A stretch of DNA of 63,723 nt, filler included, from Sphacelaria rigidula (Eukaryota): NCBI GenBank assembly GCA_964200075.2. It is 9 parts of 9 records of this genome, joined end to end, with 100 filler letters (N's around TTAATTAATTAA, not from the genome) between each part and the next. Parts side by side here need not be neighbours in the genome. Positions count along the whole stretch, not along the records: positions 21,279 to 28,270 come from CAXNAA020017051.1; positions 28,371 to 35,361 come from CAXNAA020017052.1; positions 35,462 to 42,452 come from CAXNAA020017053.1; 6 more parts are not named here. One strand, given 5' to 3'. The position numbers and the translations under genes were made by a program. The notes under the pieces are model-generated. The model was not told the origin of the DNA. It searched no databases and saw only the letters and a program-made list of their open reading frames with translations. Shown here piece after piece: positions 24,340 to 37,599 of this stretch (position 1 is the stretch's first letter; the number at the start of each line of letters is the position of its first letter).

Positions 24340-25413
24340 CGCGTTGTTGTCGTCATATTAAAAACCGCTCCCATATCTGCTCAGTACTCTGTACTAGGCA
24401 TCTGATGCGGACGCCTTCCGTGGCCACAGGCTAATTACCCCAAGCTAGTGTAAAAGAAAAATACTGTACTTTCTTATTTTTCGTTCACATGAAAGTAAGC
24501 ACGGCTAGAGAGATATTTCTATCGAGCTTTCACCACAGAGCATATCAATCATATCGCCCTATATTTATATATATATATATATATATATTGATTTTCATCA
24601 AAAATCAATCACGTTTATTGTTCCAAAAACAAATTCCGACCAAACGATTTTTTTATCGCGTAGAAAATGCCAACACCAGACGATGCCACCATGAAGGGTT
24701 TATTGTCACTCAGAATTTACTTCGTCACACGAATGCTTGTATGCTTGTTCTGCGGTATTTTCGAGACAAATTTGGAGTCAAAATTAATGTTCTCTCGGTC
24801 GGACTATTCAAATCTATCTGAACTTAGTGAACGGCAATATTAATTCATCAAACCAATTCTTGAGACCAGACGGAAGAAATCCGTAGCGTAGTAACCCTGC
24901 GAGATTCTTGTCATCATACCAGTAACCTACTCATTTCTCGGGACTAGTCCGTCTCATGTACCGTACTCTCAAGAGACCGACCCATATCTGCATGTAGGGG
25001 CGGTTGTAGAGGGCGGTGGGAGTGCGGAAAAATTCAGGGGCAACAGTGCTCAGTAAGCCACTTCAGAAGATACTGTGGGATCTAACTTTTGTTAGCATTA
25101 CGTCCACATTATGGGGATGGGGCATCGCAAGGCTTCGCATTAGCGGACAAAGTGAACGGTGTCAGGGAAATGGTATGTATGAATGCAAGCAATCAGACAC
25201 AGATTTACCTTTGTTGACGATTGCAGCAACTAGTCTCAGTCTGGGCAGTAACAGTAGTAGCTGTACAGGTGCAACCAAGCGAAATATCTGACTAGTACAC
25301 GGGTTGCTGTATCTCCGTAGAACTTGCCGTAAGTATGCTGAATTCTTCTGGGAACACTTCCAGAACGTTCTTCGTAGATCTAGATGATTCTGGATTCTGT
25401 GTATATGGGGAAG

Positions 25414-25759
25414 TGTTGGGATATTGAATGTCAGCCATTGGTAACGACTACTATCTATCGTAAGTTATCGTAAACAAGTAAGAAATCATTTGAGTGTTCC
25501 AGAAATAGTCTGCGGTATATTCTGCGGTACATTATGTTTCCAGAACAAGTTGTCGGGGGATTAATCGGGAGTTATCGGTTGTAATACCCCGCGAGTGCTC
25601 TAGACGTGTGGAAGTTCTGGAAGTTCATTAGCTGGTCGGTAGGCTCGCACACTTGGTGCTCCCCCACCTGATCACTCCTCTACTACTTCTCTTCTTCATC
25701 ACCATGAGCGAAAACTTGACTTCGGGAGTCAATCAATAATAAACATCTTCATTTCTTCA
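25414..25759 (+). mobile_element. Possible 3' LTR preceded by a polypurine tract
   Basis: ATGGGGAAG|TGTTGGG ... AATAATAAACATCTTCATTTCTTCA, i.e. TG..CA ends, a PPT-like run and AATAAA near the end. No partner LTR in the contig. Confidence 0.4.
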
Positions 25760-26914
25760 GTCAAATTATCTGATGGATCAAACCGTGGCCCGAGCGTAAT
25801 CCTCCGCGGTGGGCTACTCAGTCTACAAAGCACACGCAGCACAGCACCGCTGCAGCTGCAGGACGCTTTACACTTTCAGACTGGGCGTGTGTGTGCTCGA
25901 TATTCCCCCGAAATAATGCGGAACAACGAAAGTGTGAGCGGATATTCCAACGCTATACTGGAAGTAGAAATAGTAGAATTTCCATTCTTGCGCCGCCGTC
26001 TAGAATAGCCGAAGCCTTCCCCACAATTCATTATGATACGTGTCGGGGTTTCAAGCCCACGAAGCCCCCCCCTAATGGGACATTGGTCCACGATTTTGAT
26101 CACCGGGACGCGGGGATATCTCAGAAAATATTCACCAGTGCATGTTCCTCTCCTTTGCTTTTGATTCGAAGAACTTGCTCCGCCGGAGTAGTGCACCGTG
26201 GGGGCTGTGATACGAACAATAAGCCAACCACAAACAGAGCAATGCACAATCTACGTGTTTTCGGCCCGTAGCTACTGCATCACCGTCGAACACCACACTT
26301 CACAATTCGTCTTCCCGGATATGCCTTGTTATTCATACGAGTATCGTGACTATTTCTCCGGGGGTCGGAAGTAAGATGATGAAATATAGCCCCTGCATGA
26401 CCAGCAGATTGAGCAGTGTATCATCAACTATATGTGGCTGTAGTGAAGTGTTCATGAATGGTTCTATGCAGTTGAGTACATATGACGGTTTGGATATATC
26501 CTCTCGCAATATTTCTAAGAAATACCAAGGGGCTGCATTGGGGCATACGTTGCGCGTATTTTGACTGTGGTATTGCTCTATGCACATCGGCTCGAACGAG
26601 TTCGACATTTGATCTTAAGCACACGCTCACCAATAGTACCGATCAGCAAGATGGATGCTTAAGATATATACTAGGCAAACGATATCTCCCCTGATACGGG
26701 GATAGACGATGTAGTACCTGTTGTGAACCGTGCGGTAAGTCATAATTGTGACAAGATCGCGGCGTGAGCTTTTATTCAAAAGGGGGGTCTCGAACGCAAT
26801 CAATTTACCGAATGTACATAATTTAAATTCTATAGCAGGCGAACAAACAAGGACAAAATCGACGTCTAGTGCGGTAACCGTAGAACAACTAGTCTCCCCC
26901 TATACGACAGATGC

Positions 26915-27101
26915 CTACCCCGAACCAGACAGATCAACCGGAGCGGACCGAATCGAATCGGATACAACCTCTCGATCGCGGTGGTGCACCAGCTTCCTTG
27001 ACCCGGAACTGGAACCAAGACGAAACCCGCTGGTTCGTCCCCAACCAAACCAAACCAAACCAAACGAATGATTCGAATCGAACCCTGAACGGGTGTACCT
27101 G
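26915..27101. mobile_element. Non-autonomous DNA transposon end with (AACCR)n subterminal repeats
   Basis: Clustered GAACC/AACCA/AATCG pentamers ending in ..TACCTG (CAGG terminus on the minus strand). Confidence 0.35.
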
Positions 27102-28611
27102 ATTATTTTTTTCTTTTGTTGTTAAAACAAGCCCCTTATAGACAGCAGCGCTTGGGCCACAGTGGACGAAGCATAACCAATGACGGCGGCAAACCCCACG
27201 ACAGACAACACGTTGGAACCCAAACCGGAAGGATAGCCGAGGTAACGTGGAGTAGACAGCAACACTACTGCTGTCCTCCTTGCCCCAGACGTGGTGGACA
27301 TGAAGAACGGGTAGAACACGTCCCAAGGAACGGTAAATGCCACCGGCGGGGATGGGGGTGTATATCGCCGGGCCTGAAATATGTTTCCCGCACGACAATC
27401 ATGATTCAGTGCACCGAGGGAGGTAGGCACGACGATCCACACGAGGTTAAACGGGGGCGGGGTGATGTCAGCTCACGCGACGCTATTCTCCTCAAGCGTT
27501 TTCGTCTCTTTACTTGTTGAATATGTAGAACAAACGAACGCCTCCGAGGGATGTGAGAAGAGAGGAGGCCCAGAATGCATATAACTGCGTACGACAGCAC
27601 AGCACGTCCATTGAACCTATACTAAGCAATTTCTGAAGGGAGGTAGGTACGTTTTGAAGGGTGAGCTTTAGCGGCCATAGTAACGCCAACACTTCGAACA
27701 CGCCTCCGAGACAACGAAAAAGCTCCACAAAGCCCCGCACGAACACAGCGATTTCAAAACTCGCCCGACCCGTAGTGATTTAAATCCACCAGGTACTCAC
27801 TCCTAGGCAAACGATGTGGTGGGTAACCGGTATCGCTCTGCAAATCGACAGCTTCCGATGCGCATGATGATTCGAAAAAGACTTGAGCTGTACATTCCGT
27901 GTCTCATACTACAATAACAGCCGATCATCGAAATTGAGGATGGAACTTATCATTGAAGATGAGAACCCGGAGAATTAAAATGTTCGCATCCACACCATAT
28001 CTTCGAATATGGTTCCATTCCTTCACCTACTGGTAGCTATTGACAAATACTGCACGCTATACAAATGTGGATTTCGATGACCGAAATGTTGGGGTCCTAA
28101 GTGAAGAAAAGTAATTTTGGGGAATTTAGGTGATCCGATCGGATCGCCGGAGTTTACCGAAATCGATTTTTCACGACACTTTCTACGATAGCCCCCTCCC
28201 AAAACCAGCTAAAAGTGTCTCGAAAAAAATGGCCACAAAGCGCCTGATATTCGGGTTCAGGCTGCATAGANNNNNNNNNNNNNNNNNNNNNNNNNNNNNN
28301 NNNNNNNNNNNNNNTTAATTAATTAANNNNNNNNNNNNNNNNNNNNNNNNNNNNNNNNNNNNNNNNNNNNCCCCCACCCCCCCCCCCCTCCCCAACCCCC
28401 CCAACTCCCAAACCGCGCGCCTAATATATTGTCTCTCTTTTTCAAAACCCCCCCCCCCCCCCCTTCCGAAAATCCTGCCCAAAGCCCGTCTATTTAAGGT
28501 CCAACTACAATGGGCTTTAATTAGCTTCGTATGCGCGCATAAGGTTTAACTTAATTGTTTTTATATAATTAAAATACCTTTTTTTTCTTGTAAAGCTTGA
28601 GGCGAGCTTAG

Positions 28612-28709
28612 CCCTTAGACCGCGAGGTCAGTCTTCTGTTGAACCGGCATCAATTTCAAGTGAAAAAAAGTATGCATGATCCAGAAAGACTAATCTCGCG
28701 GTCTAAGGG
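28612..28709. mobile_element. piggyBac-like mini-MITE; second copy 40204-40308
   Basis: TTAG|CCCTTAGACCGCGAG...CTCGCGGTCTAAGGG|TTAA. Copy 2 is TTAA|CCCTT...TAAGGG|TTAT with the same internal CGGCATCAATTT..GTATGC.TGATCCAGA. Confidence 0.8.
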
Positions 28710-30366
28710 TTAAAATTTCTGAGAAGTTTATAGTGTGTTCGAAACGAGCATAAAGTTGCGATAATTTTTTATGCGTCTCCTCCAGCCATTGCAGCAGCTG
28801 TCTGAAAGTGCCTCCCTATGGCCCGGTCCGGCGAAAACCCGGCATGCTCCTTCCCGGCTTTGTAGAGATCGGGGCCAATGGTCTTATAACTATGGCATGC
28901 ATGATCATAAGTACGAGTACATCCTATGGCCTATGGCGTGACTCGTCGCCCGTCGACAGACAGGCTTCAATACTCCACACTGCCATGGTCGCGAGTCTGA
29001 TCTAGAAACATTCAATTACCCAAGAAAAGTTGTAGTGAATTTTCAATAAAAAACATTTTTTGGAACCTCGAACACCCAAATTGTCGCCCTCTCGTGCTAG
29101 AAGGCTCTCCTCGTGAGGGGATACTCTTGTATTGACCGTACTGTTGTCCCAATGTACTGAGTGCACCCTCTGTACTGCACTCTTTCTTGGGACATGATGT
29201 TGTACCGTGAAACTTGCGTGACTGAGTGTTGACGATAGATTTCGGAAAATAAGTGGCGACCAAGACGCCGAAAGCTGTGTCATTACAGAGATCTCACCTA
29301 CTCGATATTCTATATAACGGACGGGGATCTTCAGGGGGCAGGATTTCCGTCTGAGATGCACGTTGAGCTTGACTGAACATGAGAAAAGGGGGTGTTATAT
29401 ACCGTCGTCGACAGTACACGGCGATCTCGTTGTTCCTGCTTAGACCTTCCTCTAGGTTTTTGTCGCCCTGGCGCATTCCCTTTCCAGCTCCAGCAAACGC
29501 TACTACAGCTACCACAGCATACTTTCATTATATATACCTACGCGCTCTCAACAGTGAGGCGTCTATTTCAAGCTGCGGATTTCACTGTTGTGTACTTGAC
29601 ACGGGTACGGTACGACAGGAAGGCACGACCTCCGTATGACCGGTTCGTTGTTTTTGACCACACAGATTTCCCCTTGCCCCTGACGCGAGTACGCGACGAC
29701 CTGTCTGCCATACAAAAACAGCGCAACACCCAACAATCGGTGGAAAACCAGAGGGTCTCCCAATTGTCGAGGGAACAGCAGGCGATATCATCTCCTCGAA
29801 ACGGCTTCAGCACCCCACTTGTGCACGGCAGAATGCTACAACAGTAATGACTTGCCCGATGCGATACGCCCGCAGGCAAGGTATCCTTTTCGGACAATAC
29901 TGTACGGTGGAAAAATATCCTGACCTACCCGTCAGCGGACGCGACTACCGCAAAAACTTCAGTAGAGTAGCGAATACTGAAAACTTATGGATTGGGGCTT
30001 GGTGCACCTTTGCGGATGGGAGAAGCGTATCTTGCAGCAAGCTTTTAGCGGGTAACTCTTCATCCTCCCAGTCGCTCCATTCGTCCTCTCCTGTAATATC
30101 AGCCATAGTGCACTACCTCGAAAATGATGCTGACTGCTAAGTAGGACACGAAACTGTACAGAAACGGAAAAACGCGGAGGGATTTCACAAATTCTATCAT
30201 GACATTAGATGTTGTGGTACACTTTCATTTTTGAGACACCTGCACCCACCACAGTCAGTATATCGGTAAAGGCGGACGGTGCTTCACTGTTGTTGTAACG
30301 GTCCACTGACTGTTGTCCTCTGTTAGACGAAAGTTACGCACTGCGCATCACACGCACGGACGTGTT

Positions 30367-30557
30367 ATGGTGCATTTGGCAGAAACTGAAGGCATGGAAA
30401 CAGAAGCAGCGCCGGCATCATCGCCAGTAGCGCCGGCAGATCGCGATTGGATTTTGAGCTTGGATCAAAACTGGCTTTTGGGAGAGGTATTGCCTTTCCT
30501 CTCTGCCGAGCTCTTGCTCCTGAGGTGCTGCAACGTGTGCAGCGTCTGGCGAGCATG
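30367..30557 (+). CDS. F-box protein, first coding exon
   Basis: 'ILSLDQNWLLGEVLPFLSAELLLLRCCNVCSVWRAW' fits the F-box pattern. Donor TG|GTGAGA. Downstream exons were not identified. Confidence 0.72.
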
Positions 30558-33500
30558 GTGAGAGAAAGTGGTCGGTCGTAGGTTATCGAGACACACGCAT
30601 ACACAATCCAGAGAGGGGGCGTGGGAGAGTGGGGGATGAAGAGAAAGAGAGAGAGGCAGAGATGAAGAGACAGAGAGAGACCAAGTGCGAGGGATATGAT
30701 GCCCGCCTATCTTGTATATTCTTCGGCTGATTCGTGTACCTTTTTCGCTGCTGCCTTTCTAGTCGTGTCTCATCGTTGTCCTGCCTACTGGTCTAGGCTT
30801 GTTTGGCTACAAACTACAGGTAGAGTTGACAAAAATAAGGGTCGGATTCACGCGATATGTTCGTGAGATTGCCATGATCGACTTCTATTGGGTTTGTCGA
30901 AGCCCAACTTTAACCTCAACCTGACTCCTCGAGCAATCGAGGTCATAGGGTGGAGCAAAAAAACGCGTTATGCGTACACCGGGAGTACTCGGGACTGTCA
31001 GCCACTCTAAAGATCCAAATACAAATTCCTACAGTTCCAAACCAAGTACTGTATGTTCCAACCATGATGATCTGAGGACGAACTGTAATGAAAATTGAAA
31101 TGCGAAGCAATGACACAAAGATGTGCTGCCTCCCCTCCGAATCGTGTGCGCTGTGATGTTGCAGCTAGTTTCCCTATGTCAATTGCCTCGAGGGCACAAC
31201 ATCCTGACTAAGCCTAGTTGCAGGCAGCACTCGGTTGGCACATCACGACAGAAATTACGTGGAAAGAGTTACGCTCATACAGGACCGGTTGTTCGCTGCC
31301 CAACCGCAACCACACCATGTCGAATTTTTTCCCACTTCTCCTTCTTCCAAGAATATTTTACTGATTACTGTTGCAAATGACACTCCCACTAGCGTGGGGG
31401 GAAAGCTGTAATGGAGAATGAATTTCCCCCCCAAATTCACAGAAGGCCTGGAAGTCCGTATAGAAACGGGAGGGGCTGCTGTGCCGTATGGTGCCTTCTG
31501 TGTTACATAGGTGGTTTACTTCTCTGCTCACGCTCAAGCCCGAGGTCATCGATTGCTTCCCCGATCATCATACGAGCGTTCGTGATGATGCTTCATGATC
31601 CGGCAATACAGACAGCTGAAACGTCGGAACTATTCTCTTCCGAAAGCGTCACCCCGGGGCAACAGACAGTGTCTCATGGAAGTGGTCGCGCAAAACCACT
31701 GAGATGACGCCTTGATATGAATACTACACGGTACATTTTATGTGGGGTATCCCGATGAGCGTAGATGACCTGCTGAAAATGCAGCCGCACCCCTGCTGGA
31801 CTTCCTCCAGATCGCTGTCAATATGCGGTAGGGCTGTGTGCTCATGACTGTACTATCTGTACTCTGTACAGACTGTACCGTACAGTTGTATTTTTCATTG
31901 AGGGTGGCACAGTGCACAACACTAAAATTGTTGAGTACAAGAATATCCAATGTTCCCAACAAGCGAAGACGAGGAGGGGGTGGACGCGGGGGACTACTAC
32001 GAGTACGGTACAGTATCTGAATCCGTTTCAAAGTTGTGGATCCATATATTTATATGTATCAACAAAAAAAAACTTTTCGATTCCTTTCGAAACTTCCCGT
32101 ATTCGCACGAATTTCGAGGGAGTGTTTTCGAAGGTATCTCTGTTTTTTGGGGAAACCCTGAAAATTTCAGGGGTACATCATGATTGGGAATAACCAACCT
32201 CCCACCCCTGCAGGCTAGATCACGGAAAATATCCCAAAAAAAGTGATCGGCAAAACTTCACGCCGTTCGAAGGAGTTAGTCCCTGAAATTTTCACGAATG
32301 TGCTATGGGTCATGACACAACTTCCTGAGATCGTTTCTTTTCACTTTTCAACCTTTTCACCGTGTTTCAGGGGTCACAGTTTCTAGGGGAAAACCTCGAT
32401 CGAGTCGGACCCCCGTAAAACGATTGAAAATAAACCTCACTCACCCAAAATTGCGTGATTACCCATAGGACATTTTTGCAAATATTCAGGGTCTAACTGA
32501 ACTGGCGTGAACTTTCTCGCGTTACGCAAACTGCTAGATTTTATTATGTGGACATGAAAACTCCAGCATCGAGTTTGGCCACGAAACTTTAGGGGGCTTT
32601 CCCTTGGGTTTTGCGGCGACAGGGCGTTTGTGGAAAAATGAAGAAGAAAATCGTGGTGCGGGTTTTCCGGGTTCCCAGAATGGAGATGACTTACTTCGAA
32701 AATAACACTTGGATCCCATCGGACCCCCGAAAAACGGTAAAAGAGACAAAAAGTAGAAAAATCTCTTCGATCGAGACTTGCGTAATGATCCACATATGGT
32801 ACATTTGTGCGAAGTTTCAGGGTCTAACTCCTAGTAAATGTGTAAACGTCTGCGCGTTTGTGCGAGGACGTGAGCTTAAAACGTGCAAACTTCCAACTAC
32901 TTGGCTTTGTGATAGTATGAGAATGTCTTTTCTGGGGGAATTTCACTTCAGGGCAAGAAAAACTGTATGAGATTTGGGAGTTTCTCGACCAAAATTTGTG
33001 CATGCGTTCCGTGGACTATCCCTGGACGCATCGTGTTATTTTTTTTTCTTTTGAGGCATTCCGTACCGCCTTCCGGGGGTCTTTATACTGGGACTCCTGG
33101 ACCGGGAGAGAACGGAGAAACTTTGAAATCTTGCGAAGAATACAGTTTTTCCATTTGGAGCATCAATACCTACGGAACTTCCAAGTTCGAGAATGGTCTG
33201 AGGTTTTCTACAACAAATATAGGGGAAATCGTCACGAGGCTCCCTGTTACGTATCATGAGTGGAAATTGAACGGCGCCAAAACTCCACATCACCGAAAAA
33301 TTACGGTTTCGGGCATAATTCGACTGCGTTGCAACCGTTTTCAAATATGTTTCTCCCGTTAGATTCCCGAGCTGATGACGGTTACTGCAATTCGAAGCAT
33401 GTGGAAATTCGGTGGAAATTGAGCTTGGAATTCGTGTTTCGATTTCAAAACAATTTGAAAGGCACTGATTGGTCGAGACATATTTTGGACCATAGCGCCA

Positions 33501-35499
33501 CTGCTATAGAGTAGCCTTGAACAAAACTCCGGCTATGTCACCCTCTTCGTCTGTTCGTTGCGGTCAAGATGATACCAGGTATGCGACTATTGGGTTCGTA
33601 TTGCGGAAGGCATTTGCTTACGACAGAATTTGGGGATCTTGGGCGTGAACCAGCTTGTACAAGCCCCCTTTTTGGGCCCGATTATTTCAACACAAACACG
33701 AACATTTATTTTCAATTTGTATGATGCCGCTATGTGCCGCGCCTGTTTCGAGGTCTTGAGATGCCGAACACGTTCGTGGGCTGGAAGACGACATGTACAG
33801 TACAATGTATGTGCGCGATGAAAAAACGTGCAGGGGGACAACGGGGGTGGGGGAGGGGGGGAGATATCCCGCTGACCCGGGTCACTTTCGACGAACGCAG
33901 TCGATATATTTTTTGTTGAGGACTTGTGCCACTTAGTTGCAACCCGTCTTGCACTATTATTTGTGTTTGAAGGCGCAAGCCGCAAGCATGTTGCGCGACA
34001 CATGCGTGGCAGTCTTTTTGCGCTGACTGCCGTGAAGGTTGCGATTGCTGCAACCGGGCCGAAACTTATCTGACCCGCGGTCACTTTCGAATGTAGTAAT
34101 CACAGTCGACAATGGTATGGAGCTTGCGAGCCTTGATGTAAACTACTGCATAGTTGTGTTCGTCGCACGGAGACGCTCATTGGCAAGCACAAAGACTACT
34201 TACTCTGCGAGCAATCTTCAAACACCGATGTACACTGTCTATTCGTAAAAAAGCTAAGCTGGAGACCCTGTGTAGAATACGCCACCCCCACCACTTCCTC
34301 TACATGGTTTACAGAGGCCTTCGAGAATCACAAGAGAAACACCTTTTCGCATGCCTCAAAGGTCCACGCTGGCTTCTAGGTGGCAGGATGAATTCGTCCG
34401 CTTGCCCCGCTGTGCTTTCGACCGAACAGGACCTGCCACGCTTCATGCGCCCCTCACTCCCCGCCCACCCCCTCCCATGCTATTATTTTGCTGCGCAAGA
34501 CCTTCGTAGTCGGCTTGTTGTTCTTCTTGTTCTTTTTCTTCCTCACTACTATCACCCACGCAGCAATCTTTGGAACCCGCCTCCCAACCAGCTCCCGTCT
34601 CACGCTGCCGTCGCCCGTCCAGTTGTGCTCCCATCAACCCCCTCGCCGTCTTGCCATGTGCCGTTTTGCGGGGTCTATCCCTTCCCCTCCCAGGCTTCGG
34701 CTTCGAAAACTCCTTGAAAGCGGCTAGTGCAAGCTGTTTTCTGCGTCGGACACAGTGTACTCCTTGACGAAAGCCTTGGCCTCATCGTCGCTGTGAAGCA
34801 GGGCGCACTTGTCTGCGTGTTCCGCGACGATAGGATCGCATGCCATACTTCCAAACGTACTGTGACTGCTCACAAAACTTACAAAGCATGAGCAGGTTGG
34901 TGCAGGGGGTTGACTCGTTCGACACTTTTGCCGCAGAAAGACGCAGGTGTACATCCTTCCCCCGCATGTCCGCCCTAGGGGCGCAGCGACAGTCTGACAG
35001 TACTGTTCCAACCCCGTTCCGCTTGGCGGGAACGTTGATAAAAGAAGAGCACTGCCCCGACCGGGCACAAAATCCGCTAACAATTATTTTCCGCAACTCT
35101 CCGCGATGACGCATGTGGCTGCCGACATGGGGTGTATTTTGGCCCTCTTACACCTCAACCGCACAGATTGCGCACGCAAGGTATTCGTTTGCGCCCCCCC
35201 CTCCCTCCACTGCACAAAATGCTGAGTCGTCCAACGGACGGGAGTGTGTGAAGTCCTCGTGAATTGGCAGTGAGTTCACGTCACCAACCTGGTACGAGCT
35301 GGGCCAGCCTAAAAACGGATTTAAGCTCTAAAAGCAATATCTCATCGACACAGACGAGTTGNNNNNNNNNNNNNNNNNNNNNNNNNNNNNNNNNNNNNNN
35401 NNNNNTTAATTAATTAANNNNNNNNNNNNNNNNNNNNNNNNNNNNNNNNNNNNNNNNNNNNTTTAGAGCTTAAATCCGTTTTTAGGCTGGCCCAGCTCG

Positions 35500-35773
35500 T
35501 ATGGACAATGAATACGGCATAATATAAACAAATACCAGTCCACTCAAGATTTTTCTTGATTTTTTATCAGGAGTTGAGGGCATTGTACTGATACCTGAAA
35601 ACTGCTTCTTGACTTCACTCATGACAAAAAACAAGAAAAATCCTGAGAGCACTGATATTTGTTTCATTATGCCGTATTCATTGTCCATACCAAATTTCAG
35701 GGCCCAGCTCTAAATATTGGCCGCTTAATGGGCCTGCAAACTATAAATTCGCTCCTCGGTTGGCCCAGCTCGT
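35500..35773. mobile_element. MITE-like element ending in TGGCCCAGCTCGTA with an internal inverted repeat; related copy ~42173-42375 (opposite orientation)
   Basis: TATGGACAATGAATACGGCATAAT (35500) pairs with ATTATGCCGTATTCATTGTCCATA (~35666-35689). The terminus TACGAGCTGGGCCA is shared with elements at 35293, 35501 (minus) and 62118. Confidence 0.65.
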
Positions 35774-35880
35774 ATGAGAGACCTTTTTTACCACTTGGTG
35801 AGAGTGCGCAAAATACAAAAGTTCCGAAATAGTATTTTCTTCTGTTTTTTTTTGCCTTTCGTTGTCGACACAGGCGCCAG

Positions 35881-36120
35881 GCCCCCCGGTGGTGTAAATT
35901 GAAACGGTGGTAGAAATAACGCGGGTTTGATTCCCGCCAGATGCGTCCTGTTTGACCTTTTCCTAGAAAGGTACTGTACCTGGTTCCCGTCATTGAAAGC
36001 GTGAGGGTGTGAGTAAACCAAGATAGTGTTTTGTTTGACGAGAGTCGACGAAATGCGGGAGTAGTGCCGGTCATGATCCAATCTACGAGACCAAAATGCA
36101 AGGCGCGTAGCATATCGGCG
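35881..36120 (+). mobile_element. tRNA-derived SINE-like repeat family 2; minus-strand copy ~40385-40629
   Basis: Head GCCCC..GGTGGTGTA (A-box-like) and GGTTTGATTCC (B-box-like). Body (GAGTCGACG..ATCCAATCYACGAGACCAAAATGCAAGGCG) is shared between the two copies. Confidence 0.65.
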
Positions 36121-36511
36121 GAAAGATGGATTGATCCCTGTCCGGATTCTCTTCGGACTCGTCCCAAGGAAGGACAAAAGTTCATAGTGCGAGCAAAAAA
36201 AATAAGCGGTTGTACAACAAAACACACGCCAACGTACGAGTGGGTACTCCTCCAGAACAGTCGTTACGAAAAAGTCAGTATTGTACAGTTGACCACTTGG
36301 AAAACGGTGATATGGTCGATTTTCGGTTCGACTTGATTTTAGGGTGGACAGCGAAATCTTTACTGGGGCTGCGCTACAAGCGTGCTCCTGGCGTGCGCAG
36401 AACGCATTTTTGTCAAAGTCGGCGCCTGGGGTGCCGAGTTGAGGTCTGGCAACACACTGACCTTGCCCGAGGGTCCTCGGTGTGCCTCCGTTGAGGTTAG
36501 GGTTAGTGTTA

Positions 36512-37158
36512 GATCAACTCTACTGGGAGCCTTTCAAACATCCTGTCGAAAACTGCCTTTGGACCCTTCTCCGTCGATTTACGCCCGAAAAGAGGGCTAG
36601 GCGGGTGTTGACGCCTTGGAATGACTTGCTCTACTCGTTGAGACGCTTCCAGGGCAACTTTGCATTTCCTGCTGGCGGCACTTTTGTTCTTATCAATGAG
36701 GCCAAGCACGGATTTTCAGTAAAAACGGCCAGGTGATCAAAATGTTCCCCTGTTTTTTCATCGCTTGACCGTTTTCTGTTAAAAATCCGTGTTCGGCCAA
36801 AAATGAAAATCCGGTCAGCGGGAAATGCAAAGTTGTCCTGGGACGGCCTCAATGAGTAGAGCAAGTCATTCCAAGGCGTCAACAGCCGCCTAGCCCTCTT
36901 TTCAGGCGTAAAACGACGGAGAAGGGCCAAAATGGTAGTTTTGAACAGGAATTTTGAACGGCTCCCATTAGAATCAGTCTTTGGCCAACTCTTTACGGGA
37001 GCGTTGAAAAAATTATTTTGCAACAAATTCAGAGAAGTTCTGTTTTTTTTTCTTATCATGGTGAACGGGCACAAAGTACACAACTACGGCAAAGAAGAAA
37101 AAAAATCGTTTAAAATTATTGCATAATAAAATTCTAAACGCTCCCATAAGAGTTGGTT
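36512..37158. mobile_element. Tourist-like foldback MITE (36512-36979) directly followed by a shorter MITE with related TIR (36983-37158)
   Basis: Homologous to 16206-16676. The second element reads GGCCAACTCTTTACGGGAGCGTT...AACGCTCCCATAAGAGTTGGTT. Confidence 0.8.
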
Positions 37159-37393
37159 TAGTGTTATAGTTTCTTCAAAATTATGAATTTCCGACATTTT
37201 TCCTCACCCTCTAAAATGATAAACTAGCCTCCAAGATTTACCCAAGATATCCCTCTACGAGATATGAAATTTGGATACAAACATGAAACGCTAGAGAGGG
37301 AGGGAGCGACAGCGAGAGGGAGGGAGCGACAGCGAGAGAGAGAGAAAGCCACTTGAACAGAAGAAAAAAAACTCATCAGCATGAATAACTCAC

Positions 37394-37599
37394 CACCACA
37401 TCGACCACGCCGCGACCACGGACATCACCGCGAGGACCCCTAGATTGACGTCATCGTGAACGCGCGCCGCCCAACCATCAGCGTAGAAAGTATTCTGGTC
37501 CTTCGAAGGCGACGTAGGTGAACTGGACGTTGCACTGGCCGTTGTGCCGCGTGTCCATTCGTTCGCAGACAACACCAACACCAACACACACGAAACCAT
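37394..37599 (-). CDS. Probable first exon of a membrane protein
   Basis: ccATGg start, hydrophobic N-terminus, TM-like 'VHDDVNLGVLAVMSVVAAWSMW' and a perfect GTGAGT donor. A TLC-domain-like identity is only a guess. Confidence 0.45.

Noticed and set aside
25876..26700. Possible viral or transposase relic
   Set aside because: Only short broken ORFs with no motif I can recognise.
35293..35501. Single element with TIRs spanning the gap
   Set aside because: The arms are on different, artificially joined contigs. Both simply broke in the same repeat family.
36495..36512. Telomeric TTAGGG repeats
   Set aside because: Only 2-3 degenerate units inside a repeat, not a chromosome end.
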